Assembly (NCBI RefSeq): GCF_006345805.1
Contig: NC_043003.1
Coordinates: 37,696,001 to 37,760,000, forward strand
DNA: 64,000 nt
Direction: 5' to 3'
DNA from: Octopus sinensis
Taxonomy: Eukaryota
The number at the start of each line of letters is the position of its first letter. The first letter of the stretch is position 1. Below the pieces are notes generated by a model that searched no databases, was not told where the DNA came from, and worked only from the letters and a program-made list of their open reading frames with translations. Positions 23,093 to 34,216 of this stretch are shown here, piece by piece. A program made the position numbers and the translations under genes.

Positions 23093-23480
23093 ATGACCAT
23101 TTGTTTTTATGTCAGTTTTTCTATGCTAGCATGGGTTAGACAGAGATATTATACAGGTATTGTTTTATGGTAGGATGCCATTCCAGTGGCTAACCTTTGC
23201 TTGTTTTTCAAGTAAAGAATATTTTATTCAATACATCTTTAAAAGAACAAAGTAAACAGCCAATTTATTGTCAGAAGAAATGATGACTCTATGACTGCTT
23301 GTAATTGAGCAGTTTTGGAGAAGGGCAAAAGTAAACACAGAAACACATCAAATGCACATAAACCTACATGCAGTCACACATATCTGATGAGCTCCTTTAA
23401 ATTTCTACCAACAAAATCCATTCACAGGGCTTAGGTTTGCCTGGGATTATAACACAAAATAGCTGCTCAAAGTACCATGC
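23093..23480 (-). mobile_element. Chimeric SINE, degenerate
   Basis: atgctagcatgggttagac...ggatgccattccagtggctaacc... followed by decayed A head. Confidence 0.45.
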
Positions 23481-23484
23481 ATAC

Positions 23485-24110
23485 TGGGCCTCACGGAAGA
23501 GATGACAATAGACCAAGATGTTTGGCAATTTGAGGTTTTTGAAAAAAACCTGCCCACCTCAGCAAAACTGAGTTCTGGAAGCATTGTATGTCTCACCCAC
23601 ATGTAACACTAAGTTTTCCACACATCCTGCCCAAATAAACCAAACTACATCTCTTCTCTTCCTCACATCTCTTCTTCATGCACTATGTTTATCTCTCCCT
23701 CCCCACTCCTGCAGCCCAATCCTGTCCCCCCATACTGCCTGCCAACTGTGTCATTACTATCCTGTCATCCCTCCACTATATACCCAGGTTTCACCACTCA
23801 CTACATTCCCCCTCTCCTTTTGCATTCATATGAATTCCGTACTCATGCTCCTTGGATATAGAGTTCAATACATTTCTTCTGTAATTTTGACATAGTAAAA
23901 ATAACATCCATTCGAGTGAGGTCGTTGTCAGTGCCACTGGTACGTAAAAGTACCCACTACACTCTTGGAGTGGTTGGCGTTAGGAAGGGCATCCAGCTGT
24001 AGAAACTGCCAGATCAGATTGGAGTCTAGTGCAGCCATCTGGTTAGCCAGACCTCAGTCACCTCGTCCAACCCATGCTAGCATGGAAACAGACGTTAAAC
24101 GATGATGATG
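23485..24110 (+). mobile_element. RTE LINE 3' end with family B sequence as its 3' UTR
   Basis: gggcctcacggaagagatgacaatagaccaagatgtttgg (LGLTEEMTIDQDVW, RTE C-terminus-like), then B motif and (gat)n tail. Confidence 0.65.
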
Positions 24111-24299
24111 ACTTTCCCCTCTTTTTGCTCTAAATCCACATTGACTTTCTGGAGAGCTTGATGGATGGACATGATGGAGAAGTCTTCAGAAGAACCTTCA
24201 AAAGATATCTTACCAAAGATTGAATGCAGAGAGGTACTCCAAAAGTTTCCACATTTTGTATGTGGTAGAAAACTGCCTCTGGTTTATCAGTTTATTTAC

Positions 24300-24770
24300 C
24301 TTGGTAGTATGCATTTATGTTTTGTTATTTTGCATGAAGTTTGAAATAGAATGGAAAGGGATTGTATGGCTTTTACTAGGCTGGAAGCTTGAATATGGCC
24401 ACAAACAGATGTGGGTATATGGACAAAATGTTTATAAGACTTGTGTCATTACGATATTTCTTTACAAATGTGCGACATGAACCACTCATCAGACTGTGTA
24501 AGGCAACTCAAGCATTTTCACCAGAAATGTATGAGATGCTTATTAGGAATATCTTATAAGTGTATGATTCCTAATACAAAAGTGCTTGAAGAGTCCAAGA
24601 ATCTGACCATCATGACACTTCATAAAAAGCAGAATAAAATGGGTAGGTAATGTGTCACAGCTAAGTGATTGCCAACTACAAGTTTTCTCTGGAGAATTAA
24701 TGAGCCAAATGGAAATACAAACTGCCCAGTAGCTAGGACTTTGGTATGAAGACTGAGATGTTTATTTAGC
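24300..24770 (+). mobile_element. Degenerate RTE-type RT 3' fragment
   Basis: RQLKHFHQKCMRCLLGISY...IPNTKVLEE resembles the post-RT region of RTE LINEs. Confidence 0.6.
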
Positions 24771-24977
24771 AAAACCCTCTTTCTGAGCCAGCCAAAAGCT
24801 ACTGAGGTCTTTTTAAGTCAGTTCAGAATTATGTTGTCTACTGAGATGTCATTGGAAATTGTGCTACCAAGGGATCTGAACTATGACGGAATGGTTAATG
24901 CTGCTGTTGCATTGAGAAAATGGTGTGATGTGGACATTAACTATCAGACCAGTTCTTTTATAAGCTATAATAGTTGA

Positions 24978-25325
24978 TGAAGGTGCATGGCTCAGTGGTT
25001 GGAGCATCGGGCTCACAATCACGAGGTAGTGGGTTTGATTCCCAGACTGTGCAGTGTGTTGTGTTCTTGAGCAAGACACTATTTCATGTTGCTCCAGTTC
25101 ACTCAACTGTAGAAATGGGTTGTGACATCACTGGTGCCAAGCTGTGTCAGCCTTTGCCTTTCCCTGAGATAACATCTCTGGTGTAGAGAGGGGAGACTGG
25201 TATACATGGGCATGGGTAACTGCTGGTCTTCCATAAACAACCTTGCCTGGACTTGTACCTCTGAGGGGAACTTTCTAGATGCAATCCCATGGTCATTCAT
25301 GACAGAAGAGGGTCTTTACCCTTTT
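24978..25325 (+). mobile_element. tRNA-derived SINE family D
   Basis: gaaggtgcatggctcagtggttggagc...gggtttgattccc (A/B boxes), gtgttcttgagcaagacac, tail gggtctttacccttt. Confidence 0.85.
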
Positions 25326-25854
25326 TAATAGTTGCTGAGATAGTGGCTGGCAGGGCTTCTGGTGTGTGACTTACCAGAATACAATCATTATTATAATGTA
25401 GTTCAATGATCAATTCAGATCTGATCTTAGTGGTGGCATGTAGCTCTCAAATATTGAAAAGATTCCAGTCTTGGTATCCAATGTTCATTGTGACTTCTGT
25501 CTTTTTTCCATCCTTCTGGGTAACAGTGTGGTTACACAGATGAGGAAAATATTCAACAATAGGAGAAACAGCAAGCAACCTTATCCTTGTACGCATTTAC
25601 TCTGCATTTGTTAGAATGGGGAAAGTACATCAAAAGCACGTTGTCATCGATAAGGTCACAGGCTGTAATGAAAGAACTTTGACAAACCAATTAATCAAGT
25701 AATTAGTTGATTCAGAAATAATATAACTGAAGTGAAATACATCTTGTGTGGTCTATTGGCAGAGTAACCCTCCCAAAGTACAATTTTTTCAAACACAATT
25801 TCACATCAAGAATCTTTTGTAAAACAAACACATGCATGCGTGCATGCACATGCA

Positions 25855-25907
<53 letters not shown>

Positions 25908-26071
25908 GTATTACCAAATACTGAAACATATGTAACAAATGAAATAAAGAAATATCAAGTTCAAGCCCATGTTCCTTTCTCTCATTGCGTGTGTATATAT
26001 ATATATAAATAAGATAAGAATATAGAGAGGTAATTGATAAATTATTATTAATTAAAAAATTGACAAACATC

Positions 26072-26154
26072 CCTTACAGCTGTTTCAATTCAAGACCTTC
26101 AGAAAATTAATTAATAAAATTTAAAATGATTTAAAAGTTGAATCTCATCAGAGG
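26072..26154 (-). ncRNA. Type-I hammerhead ribozyme, intact core
   Basis: CCU-CUGAUGA-GAUUCAA[AU-rich loop]UUGAAUU-GAAA-CAGCUG-U-A-AGG; predicted GUA cleavage between 26075 and 26074. Confidence 0.75.
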
Positions 26155-26324
26155 TAGTTTAAGATACACAAAATAGGTGTTCAATTCTTGCATGTTGAGT
26201 AAGTGGCTATGTTCTTTATGTATAAATTTTATTAGTTAACAGTTTGCAACTGTTTACTCAAGATGCAGGACTTGAACACCTATTTTGTTTAAGAACACCT
26301 ATTTTAGTTTAAGATATTAAACTA

Positions 26325-26407
26325 CCTCTGATGAGATTCAACTTTGAACTAATTTTTAATTCTATTAATTAATTTTCTGAAGGTCTTGAATTGAAACAGC
26401 TGTAAGG
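26325..26407 (+). ncRNA. Type-I hammerhead ribozyme, intact core
   Basis: CCU(26325)-CUGAUGA(26328)-GAUUCAA...UUGAAUU-GAAA(26393)-CAGCUG-U-A(26404)-AGG. Confidence 0.75.
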
Positions 26408-26590
26408 AATATTTGTCAATTTTTTAATTAATAAAAAAAATTTTATTAATTACGTCTCTATTTTCTTAGCTTACTTAAATAAATATATATAAACCTTGCA
26501 ACATTCTTTGTATAAGTAACTAACTAGTACTTTAATACGATTTTACTATCCTCAATGAGATTTGTAACCTTTATTTGTGTCTATGTTTAT

Positions 26591-26636
<46 letters not shown>

Positions 26637-27856
26637 AAGAGAGGACCTATTAGCCTTGTCAAAGACACGGCAACCTTTCTATTGCTGGCGTCATAAAATA
26701 CATCCAAGACACTTCAAGAAGTGTTTTGTGTTACGGAGGGCATCAAAACTATATCAAAATGGTAAGTGTGGGCAAGACATGTTCCTCTGAACCATCTAGG
26801 AGAGCAGTAAGTCTAGATAAGAATTGATGGGAAATCTGTCCAACCCATGCTAACATGAAAAGCAGGCATAACAGGATGATTATACTCACTCACACACATA
26901 TACCATATTTTTCGGCATACAAGTAAAATTTTTCAGATCAGTATTTACAGCCAAAAAAGGTAGAGCAACTTATACACCAAAACGACTTGAAAGACCAAAT
27001 ACACAGCAGGATTTGGAAAGATAGTTGGATGTTAAAATTGCATGTTTACACTATATAACTACATTGACTTGTATGCTGGAAAATATACCTTATATATTAA
27101 CTACTTATTTACAAATATATACTTCACATCATGCACTAACTGCCCCAAGTGAGCACATAGAAATTCGTTTGATAGTGTCTCAGCTGGAAGAAGAAAGCTC
27201 AAAAATATCATTTGTATATTCATTTATATTTATCTATGTGCCCAGTAGTTCACATAAGACTAGCTGTACAAAGATCATGAGTTCAAATCTAATGCAGGTA
27301 TTTCATTATTCTATATAATAATGAAACAGAAATAGATAAAAATGTCATAGAGAATACTCTATCTTTCAGGTTCGTTATCAGTGATCCTAAAAAAATGACA
27401 TACACCCCACCCACATATATATACTCACTCACTCATACACACACACACATGCCATGTGTATCTTGGCTTTTAAAATAGATACACTGTAACCTTTTATGTT
27501 ATAAGGGGCAAATAGAAGAATTGACATCAAAAAGGGAATCCAGCCATAAAGCTCTGTCAAAAATATCCAGTATAACCGAAGGTAGCTTAAAAAGGTAGCT
27601 GTAAAAATGACATTAATAATAATGACATGTGCATCTGCATGCATGTATGCATGCACTCACACAAATATATACACATATATGCACACACATATATACACAT
27701 ATGTTTACATACTTACATGTATACATATGTACACACACATATATATTTCATGTGTGTATATGTGTGCATGTGGATATGTATGTAAACACACAAACACACA
27801 CACACACAGACAGATATATATACTCACACATACATACACATGCACACACTTTATAC

Positions 27857-28110
27857 GAGTGGCTGTCAACCATTTTTTTTACCTACCGACTCCTTTGATT
27901 CCTATTTTATTCAGATGAACCCCCATAGCCATTTGATAAAAAAGGTCCTATTATATTTTTATAATTAAATATTATTTGGAATTGTATAAAAAATATATTA
28001 AAATATTTTGTGTATTGTAGAAGTATGACCGATTCATTCCACATAAATGTTAGCAGCAAAATCTTATCTGGGACCCCAAGGACCGTATGGGCCCCAGTTG
28101 AGAACCACTG
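27857..28110 (+). mobile_element. hAT/Charlie-type MITE family H
   Basis: TIR (c)agtggttctcaac ... gttgagaaccactg; related to 47177-47411 and 62404-62907. Confidence 0.7.
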
Positions 28111-28159
28111 ATATAAAGAATACTAAATAACGAAGGTAATAAAATAACATAAAATTTAC

Positions 28160-28286
28160 CTCTCATTAATAGAAGATCAATCGTATATGGCTTGTAGAAG
28201 CCAATTTCAGATGTTATCCATGAATATTCGGTAAAAGCATCAGTACTGCTGTTAAGTACTAACTGTGATTGAGAACGGTTCTTCAT
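28160..28286 (-). CDS. Candidate first coding exon (possibly of the GAREM-like gene)
   Basis: ATG at 28286, 42 codons plus G, donor AG|GTAAAT at 28160/28159 (phase 1), in a locally CpG-rich unique segment; no recognisable protein homology. Confidence 0.25.
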
Positions 28287-28732
28287 TGCTGCTCAGTAAA
28301 TGAGCGACTTCGCGTAGAAACGGATCATAAAGTGAAATACAAACTATATTGTAACGAACATTGCTAAAGCCACTACTACTATTACTACTGCTACTACTAC
28401 TATTACTACAATACATGAACAAGTGTATGAGGAAACCACTTTAAATGTAGAAGTTTGACCAAAAATTTAAATCTAAGAATGACTGTCCCAGCAAAACTAG
28501 GTGTGTATATGCATTGTATTGAATATGTATATATATGAATGTAAGTAGGTAGGTGTATAAATCTGTCATGTAATGCTTGAATAGTTCAATCATAGATGTT
28601 ATTTATAAAGTGTATAGAACATAACATGTTTTTTTTTCTTTTTCCTCCCCCAGGTCACATGGTTATCAACATGATTTTATTGAGTTAGATTAACAACAAC
28701 AGTAGTGGTGGTGGTGGTGGTGGTTGTAGTTG

Positions 28733-28773
<41 letters not shown>

Positions 28774-29038
28774 TGGTGTTAACATGGGGGTGAAACTAAA
28801 ATTCACCTACACACCTTTTGAAATAGAGAGAAATATTAATGTGTGTGTGTATGTATATGTTCCATAGGCCTACATCTAGAGCAATTGCACTTACATACAT
28901 AAGGTTTTATAATGAATTCTTTGGTACGCATATATATATGTATAGCTTGGGTTTTCATTAGGTATACACCCACATATGTGCACCCATCACACATACATAC
29001 ATATATAAGCATACGTATACACACAAAGTGTATGTGTA

Positions 29039-29072
<34 letters not shown>

Positions 29073-29441
29073 GAAAGAGGCAAAGACAGAGAGAATGGGT
29101 GGGGATGGGCACACATTTTAAAAATGAAATCAAGTTCTCTTTAATTGTTTGTAGTCTGAAAAATGTTTCTAAACAGACAAAACATCAAGGCCTTTTGTAA
29201 TTTAAAATAAAACAGTGACGACAACAAGAACAACATCAACAAAACGAAAGAAACTGGTTTAGTTAGTTAAAGAGTGGAGAAAATTAAAGTTGTATAAAAA
29301 GTCTGATATACAAAAGGGGATATTTAGATATATTCAGTGTGTAAGGCCGCCAAAAGTCCATCCGTGTGTAATTTGGTACAATATAAACTAATAAACCTGA
29401 ATGACAACATAGACAGCTGAATATGTATGTATGTGTGTGTA

Positions 29442-29486
<45 letters not shown>

Positions 29487-29590
29487 GGTATATATGTGTA
29501 TAGAATATACGTTTTTGAGAAAGTGTATGCGTGTGTAATTGTAACATTATATATACATGTATATATGTGTTTATATATATATATATATTA

Positions 29591-30142
29591 TGTCAGGTCA
29601 CTTTCGAGTGCTACTGGTAACATGTAACCCAGTACAACCTGTTGCATGGTCGGATCGTCGGTGACTAAACCGGCAACCCCACCAAGCTTGCTTGGTGAGG
29701 AGGGTGTTTATTGGACACCCTGCGGGATGAAAAACAAAACCCGTCAAAGGGCGGAGGAACTCTTGAGAGCCAACGGCCATCCAATAAATGTCTTAAGGGT
29801 GTATCATGCGTGGGGACATAGAAATAATCGGACTTAATACCCGGTCGCGCGGTTAAACCATTGGAAGTGAAGGACTCCTAGCCTTTGTTAGGGCATCCTT
29901 CTAGGAGAAGGTAACTCATGTAACTGGGATAACTCTGATATAAAACCTGCGGCTCAGTGGTTACCGATGATGTTGACTTGTTCTTTTTTTCGGATTATGG
30001 CTGCTGTTACTTAGTGAGTAGGATTGACTCAGAGCACAGCCTTTCCTCACTTTAAAAAAAATCTTCTTGCACAGGCATTGCACGATAACAACATTGATTA
30101 AGCTTCGTGCAATGGCCATACTTGATAACGAGGGGGCAGCCA

Positions 30143-30145
<3 letters not shown>
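29591..30145 (+). mobile_element. Young, CpG-rich non-autonomous element with RTE-like 5' region
   Basis: gggcatccttctaggagaaggtaactc (29891-29917) resembles RTE 5' UTR motifs; multiple hairpins; inserted in (TA)n. Confidence 0.55.
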
Positions 30146-30184
<39 letters not shown>

Positions 30185-30244
30185 TAAAATGAGCGCTTTT
30201 CATATGCATTAAAACAGTAGACGTTAACTGAGAACACAGCAGAA

Positions 30245-30680
30245 GTCATCATCGTCATCACCATCATCATTTAACATCCATTTTCCATACTAGCAAGAGT
30301 TAGATGGTTTGATTGGAGAGGGTAAGCTGGAAAGCTAATCTAGCACCAATCTGTTTTAGCTTGGTTTCTATGGCTGGATGTCTTTCCTAATGTCAATCAC
30401 TCCTCAGAGGGCATTGGATACCTTTTATGTGTCACTGGCATAGGTGCCTTTTACTTGTCACTGGCATGAGTGCCTGTTACATGTCACCAGCACATGTTAC
30501 CAGTACTAGGCCATGACCATGATTTTACTTAGCCTGATGTGCCTTCTCAAGCACAGTAATTTTACAGAAGTCTCGATCTCTTGGTCATTGCTTCTGTGAG
30601 ACTCAACATCCGAAGATCACATTTCACAACTTCATCTCATGTCTTCCCAAGTCTACCTTTCCACATGTTCCTTCCAGAAT
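30245..30680 (-). mobile_element. RTE LINE 3' end plus family B UTR
   Basis: Minus strand reads RTE C-terminus-like (GRxxKTWDEVVKxDL-type) sequence at ~30680-30540, then B motif and (gat)n. Confidence 0.65.
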
Positions 30681-31419
30681 TAGAGGTCAGCATCTCAGTA
30701 TGCAACAATCCTCAGAGTTAAATAATTATAATAAAGTTTTTATTGACTCTTATTTCAAAGCTTTTCTGAGTGAATGGCTTATCTCTCTTACTTTATATAT
30801 ATATAAATCCAAATTAAGGGAGTGGAATGGATGAAATCTAGCTGATCCTCTAATGAATGTAATAATTATTCAATGAGGGGTACTCAACTTAATTAATCAT
30901 CAGGTAATATGAAGGTAATATTGTCGCTTGGAATTTCCAGGTTAGCTCACTGTAGATGTAAGTCGAAATGAATAGTGAAACTATAAGAACAGAATAAAAA
31001 GACAAATGTTTGAAGAAATAAAATGGTCAAGAAATAAGAAGAGGAAGAAACGAGGCTAAATATGTGGAAATTGTCTAAGGTTGACAGGAATGAAGGAATG
31101 GAGAGGGGGAAGAGAGAGGAGGTGCAAGCAGATAGCTACTGTTGTTAAGGGGAAAGAATGGTTATCATAAATATTTAACTGGGATAGCAAAGAAACATGT
31201 GTAGACTGGACTTTATGTATTCCACTCCCTAAATTTTGATTTTTATCCGTAGCAATTCTGGTTGCTAACCATGAGTTGTGTAGAAATTTAGAAATTATCA
31301 AATTTCCTTGTAACTTTAATATGGGAAAAAGTGTGCAACCTTCGACACCAATAAATTGTTATTGTTTCTGATTGTACACTATCCACTTTATTTTCTATAC
31401 CTGCCACGGACTGCTTGAA

Positions 31420-32637
31420 GCTTTTATAAACCTCAAAGTTAAGATAAACAAAGTTCTTTTTTAATCTAAAATTTATTCTCGTTCATTTTCTATAATGCTC
31501 TTCCATCTACCCACAGCCCCTCTTCCAAAATTCACTTGTCTGTGATGAAAAATACTCCACCAGTACTGTTCTGACCTCATCTACAGAATTCATCCAAATG
31601 ATTTTGAAGACTGCAGAATAAATAATAACCAGATGGGGCAATGTCCGGCGAATATGGTAGATGGGGCATCATTTCCCATTCAAACTGCTCCAGTCTTTGG
31701 AATATCATCCTCACTGTATGAGGCTGAGAATTATCCTGATGGAAGAACACTTTTCGTCTTGAAACCAAAGATGATCATTTTCCTTCTAGTGCTGACTTAA
31801 GCTGCTCAAAGTAGATCTCCTTTGTTATTGTTTGGTCTGGGTTTAAAAGTTCAAAGTGGACTAAACCATTCATATTCCACCAAACAGATAACAACACCTT
31901 ATGTGGGTGAAGACCTTTAGCCTGGGGTGCCAGTGTTTCTCCTTACCCTACTCACTGCATTTGGTGCTTGACATTTTTATAGAGAACCCATTTCTCGCTA
32001 CCAGTCACTATTCGGACCAAAAAATGGTTCGTTCGTGAGATGTGACAGCGAAGAAGAGCTCACATTCACTCTCTGTGCGTAATTAGACTTGGAAAGTTTG
32101 TGAGGAATCCATTGACCCGATCTGCTGACTTTTCTGATGGCATGCAGGTGTCAATGAATGGTTGAATGGCCAAATCCAAGCTTTTCTGCTACTTACTCAA
32201 CAATTATGATGGGATTTTGTTCCACCAGGGTTTGCAAGATGTCCTTGTCAAGCTCTACAGATCTTCCAGGATGAGGCTCATCTTCTAGGTTGTGGTTTCC
32301 AGCTTGAACATTCTGGAACCACCATTGACACTGGCTTATCCTTATTGTCTGATCCCCATATACTGCATTAATATTCCTCACATTTTCCGTTGTGTTGTTG
32401 CCTTTATTGAACTCATAAATCAAAATATGCCAAATATGCTCCTTTGTCACTTCCATTATAGCTTTGAAAAAAATAATTGTTAAAATTGAACTGCACTCTT
32501 CAAAACTTGCACTAAGAATAAGGACAAGGTAAAATTACTACCTGCTTTTATAGCAAGTTGATGCAGATAGTTTATCCCGTTCCCCTCTGACTTTTAGTTT
32601 ATGCAATTGAAAAAAACCACATTAAGGGATGACCCAA
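31420..32637 (-). mobile_element. Mariner-family transposon, decayed, near full length
   Basis: TA|TTGGGTCATCCC TIR at 32637; MEVTKEHIWHILIYEF HTH, RIVTGSEKWVLY, HPHKVLLSVWW, FHQDNSQPH, HLPYSPDIAPS; second TIR not found. Confidence 0.9.
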
Positions 32638-32655
32638 TATATATATATATATATA

Positions 32656-33293
32656 TCATCATCATCATCGTTTAACGTCCGTTTTCCGCGCTAGCACGGG
32701 TTGGACGGTTCAACCGGGGTCTGGGAAGTCAGGGGCTGCACCAGGCTCCAGTCTGATCTGGCAGAGTTTCTACAGCTGGATGCCCTTCCTAACGCCAACC
32801 ACTCCGCGAGTGTAGTGGGTGCTTTTTATGTGCCACCTGCACAGGTGCCAGGGGGGTCCGGCATCGGTCACGATCGGTTGGAGCTTTTAATGTGCCACCG
32901 GCACGGAAGCCAGCTAAGGCGGCGCTGGCAACGGCCACGTTCAGATGGTGCTTTTTATGTGCCACCAGCACAGAAGCCAGTCGGGGCGGTGCTGGCATCG
33001 GTCACGTTCAGATGGTGCTTTTTACGTGCCACCGGCACAGGAGCCAATCGGGTCGGGGCTGGCATCGGCCACATTCGGATGGTGCTTTTTGTGTGCCACC
33101 GGCACAGAAGCCACTCGGGGCGGCGCTGGCATCGGCCACGTTCGGATGGTGCGTTTTATGTGCCACTGGCACAGGAGCCAGTCGGGGCGGCGCTGGCATC
33201 GGCCACGTTTGGATGGTGCTTTTTATGTGCCACCGGCACAGAAGCCAGTCGGGGCGGCGCTGGCATCGGCCACGTTCAGATGGTGCTTTTTAT
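32656..33293 (-). mobile_element. Family B repeat with expanded GC-rich minisatellite
   Basis: B core 32656-32829 followed by one 62-bp and six 67-bp units. Confidence 0.9.
32830..33293. repeat. 67-bp tandem repeat x7
   Basis: Units start 32830, 32892, 32959, 33026, 33093, 33160, 33227; each begins gtgccNNNggcac. Confidence 0.95.
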
Positions 33294-33297
33294 ATTG

Positions 33298-33328
<31 letters not shown>

Positions 33329-33554
33329 TACATATACATATATAACATAACAGATGTATATATGTAAGTATACACACCTATCAGTTATTACTGAGTTCTC
33401 TCCAATGTGTGTTTGTGTATGTGTACAAAACAGCTGTATCAATATATATATGTAGACACCTATTTGTTGGTTATTGATTTCCCAATCAGCTTTTCAGCTC
33501 ATCTCAATTTCACCCAAGACACAATAATCAATCAATCAACTAGCACCAAATCCC

Positions 33555-33770
33555 AAATGCTTACTATAGGCACAAGGCCTGAAATCTGGGGAAGGGGGAT
33601 AATCGACTACATCGACCCCAGAGTGAAACTGGTACTTAATTTATTGACTCCAAAAGCACGGAAGGCAAAGTTGATGTCGGTGGAATTTGAACTCAGAACA
33701 TAAAGATGGACGAAATGCAGATAAGCATCTTACCCAGCGTGCTAATGATTCTACCAGCTCGCCACCTTAA
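33555..33770 (-). mobile_element. tRNA-derived SINE family C
   Basis: Minus: aaggtggcgagctggtagaatcattagc...gttctgagttcaaattcc (B-box)...ggggtcgatgtagtcgat. Confidence 0.8.
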
Positions 33771-33799
33771 GAAAATAATAATAACAAAAAAAAAAAAAA

Positions 33800-33925
33800 A
33801 ATAATAGTTTCAATTTTGGTACAAGGCCAGCAATTTTTGGGGGGAAGGTGTGAGTCAATTACATCAACCCCAAGGATGTAAGGCAAAGTCAGCATCAGCA
33901 GTATTTGAACTCTTTATATAAAGTC
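33800..33925 (-). mobile_element. SINE family C, partial
   Basis: caattttggtacaaggccagc...gcaaagtc...tttgaactc. Confidence 0.6.
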
Positions 33926-33932
33926 AGTAGAA

Positions 33933-34216
33933 ATACCTATTTCTTTATTGCCTACAAGGGGCTAAACACAGAGAGGACAAACAAAGACAGACAAACAGAT
34001 TAAGTCGATTATATCGACCCCAGTGCGTAACTGGTACTTATTTAATCGACCCCGAAAGGATGAAAGGCAAAGTCGACCTCGGCGGAATTTGAACTCAGAA
34101 CGTAACAACAGACGAAATACGGCTACGCATTTCGCCCGGCGTGCTAACGTTTCTGCCAGCTCACCACCGCTAACGTTTCTGCCAGCTCACCACCGCTAAC
34201 GTTTCTGCCAGCTCAC
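33933..34216 (-). mobile_element. Young SINE family C copy with triplicated 5' end
   Basis: CpGs retained; 26-bp unit gctaacgtttctgccagctcaccacc at 34143, 34169 and 34195 (partial). Confidence 0.9.

Larger units (their letters stand above)
26007..26478. mobile_element. Fold-back element with two outward-facing hammerheads
   Basis: Complementary arms ~26007-26202 and 26254-26478, 51-nt spacer, (TA)n flanks. Confidence 0.8.

Noticed and set aside
29655-29765. Twister or HDV-like ribozyme in the RTE-like element (tgcggg...cccgtcaaagggcggagg resembles a twister 3' half)
   Set aside because: P2 does not pair, loop 4 lacks the CC needed for pseudoknot T1, and HDV P2-P3-P1 contiguity cannot be built; kept only as an unclassified structure.
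32830-33293. CRISPR-like or coding array (several long ORFs in the track)
   Set aside because: Units are contiguous with no unique spacers, there are no cas genes, and the context is eukaryotic; the ORFs arise from stop-poor GC-rich repeat.
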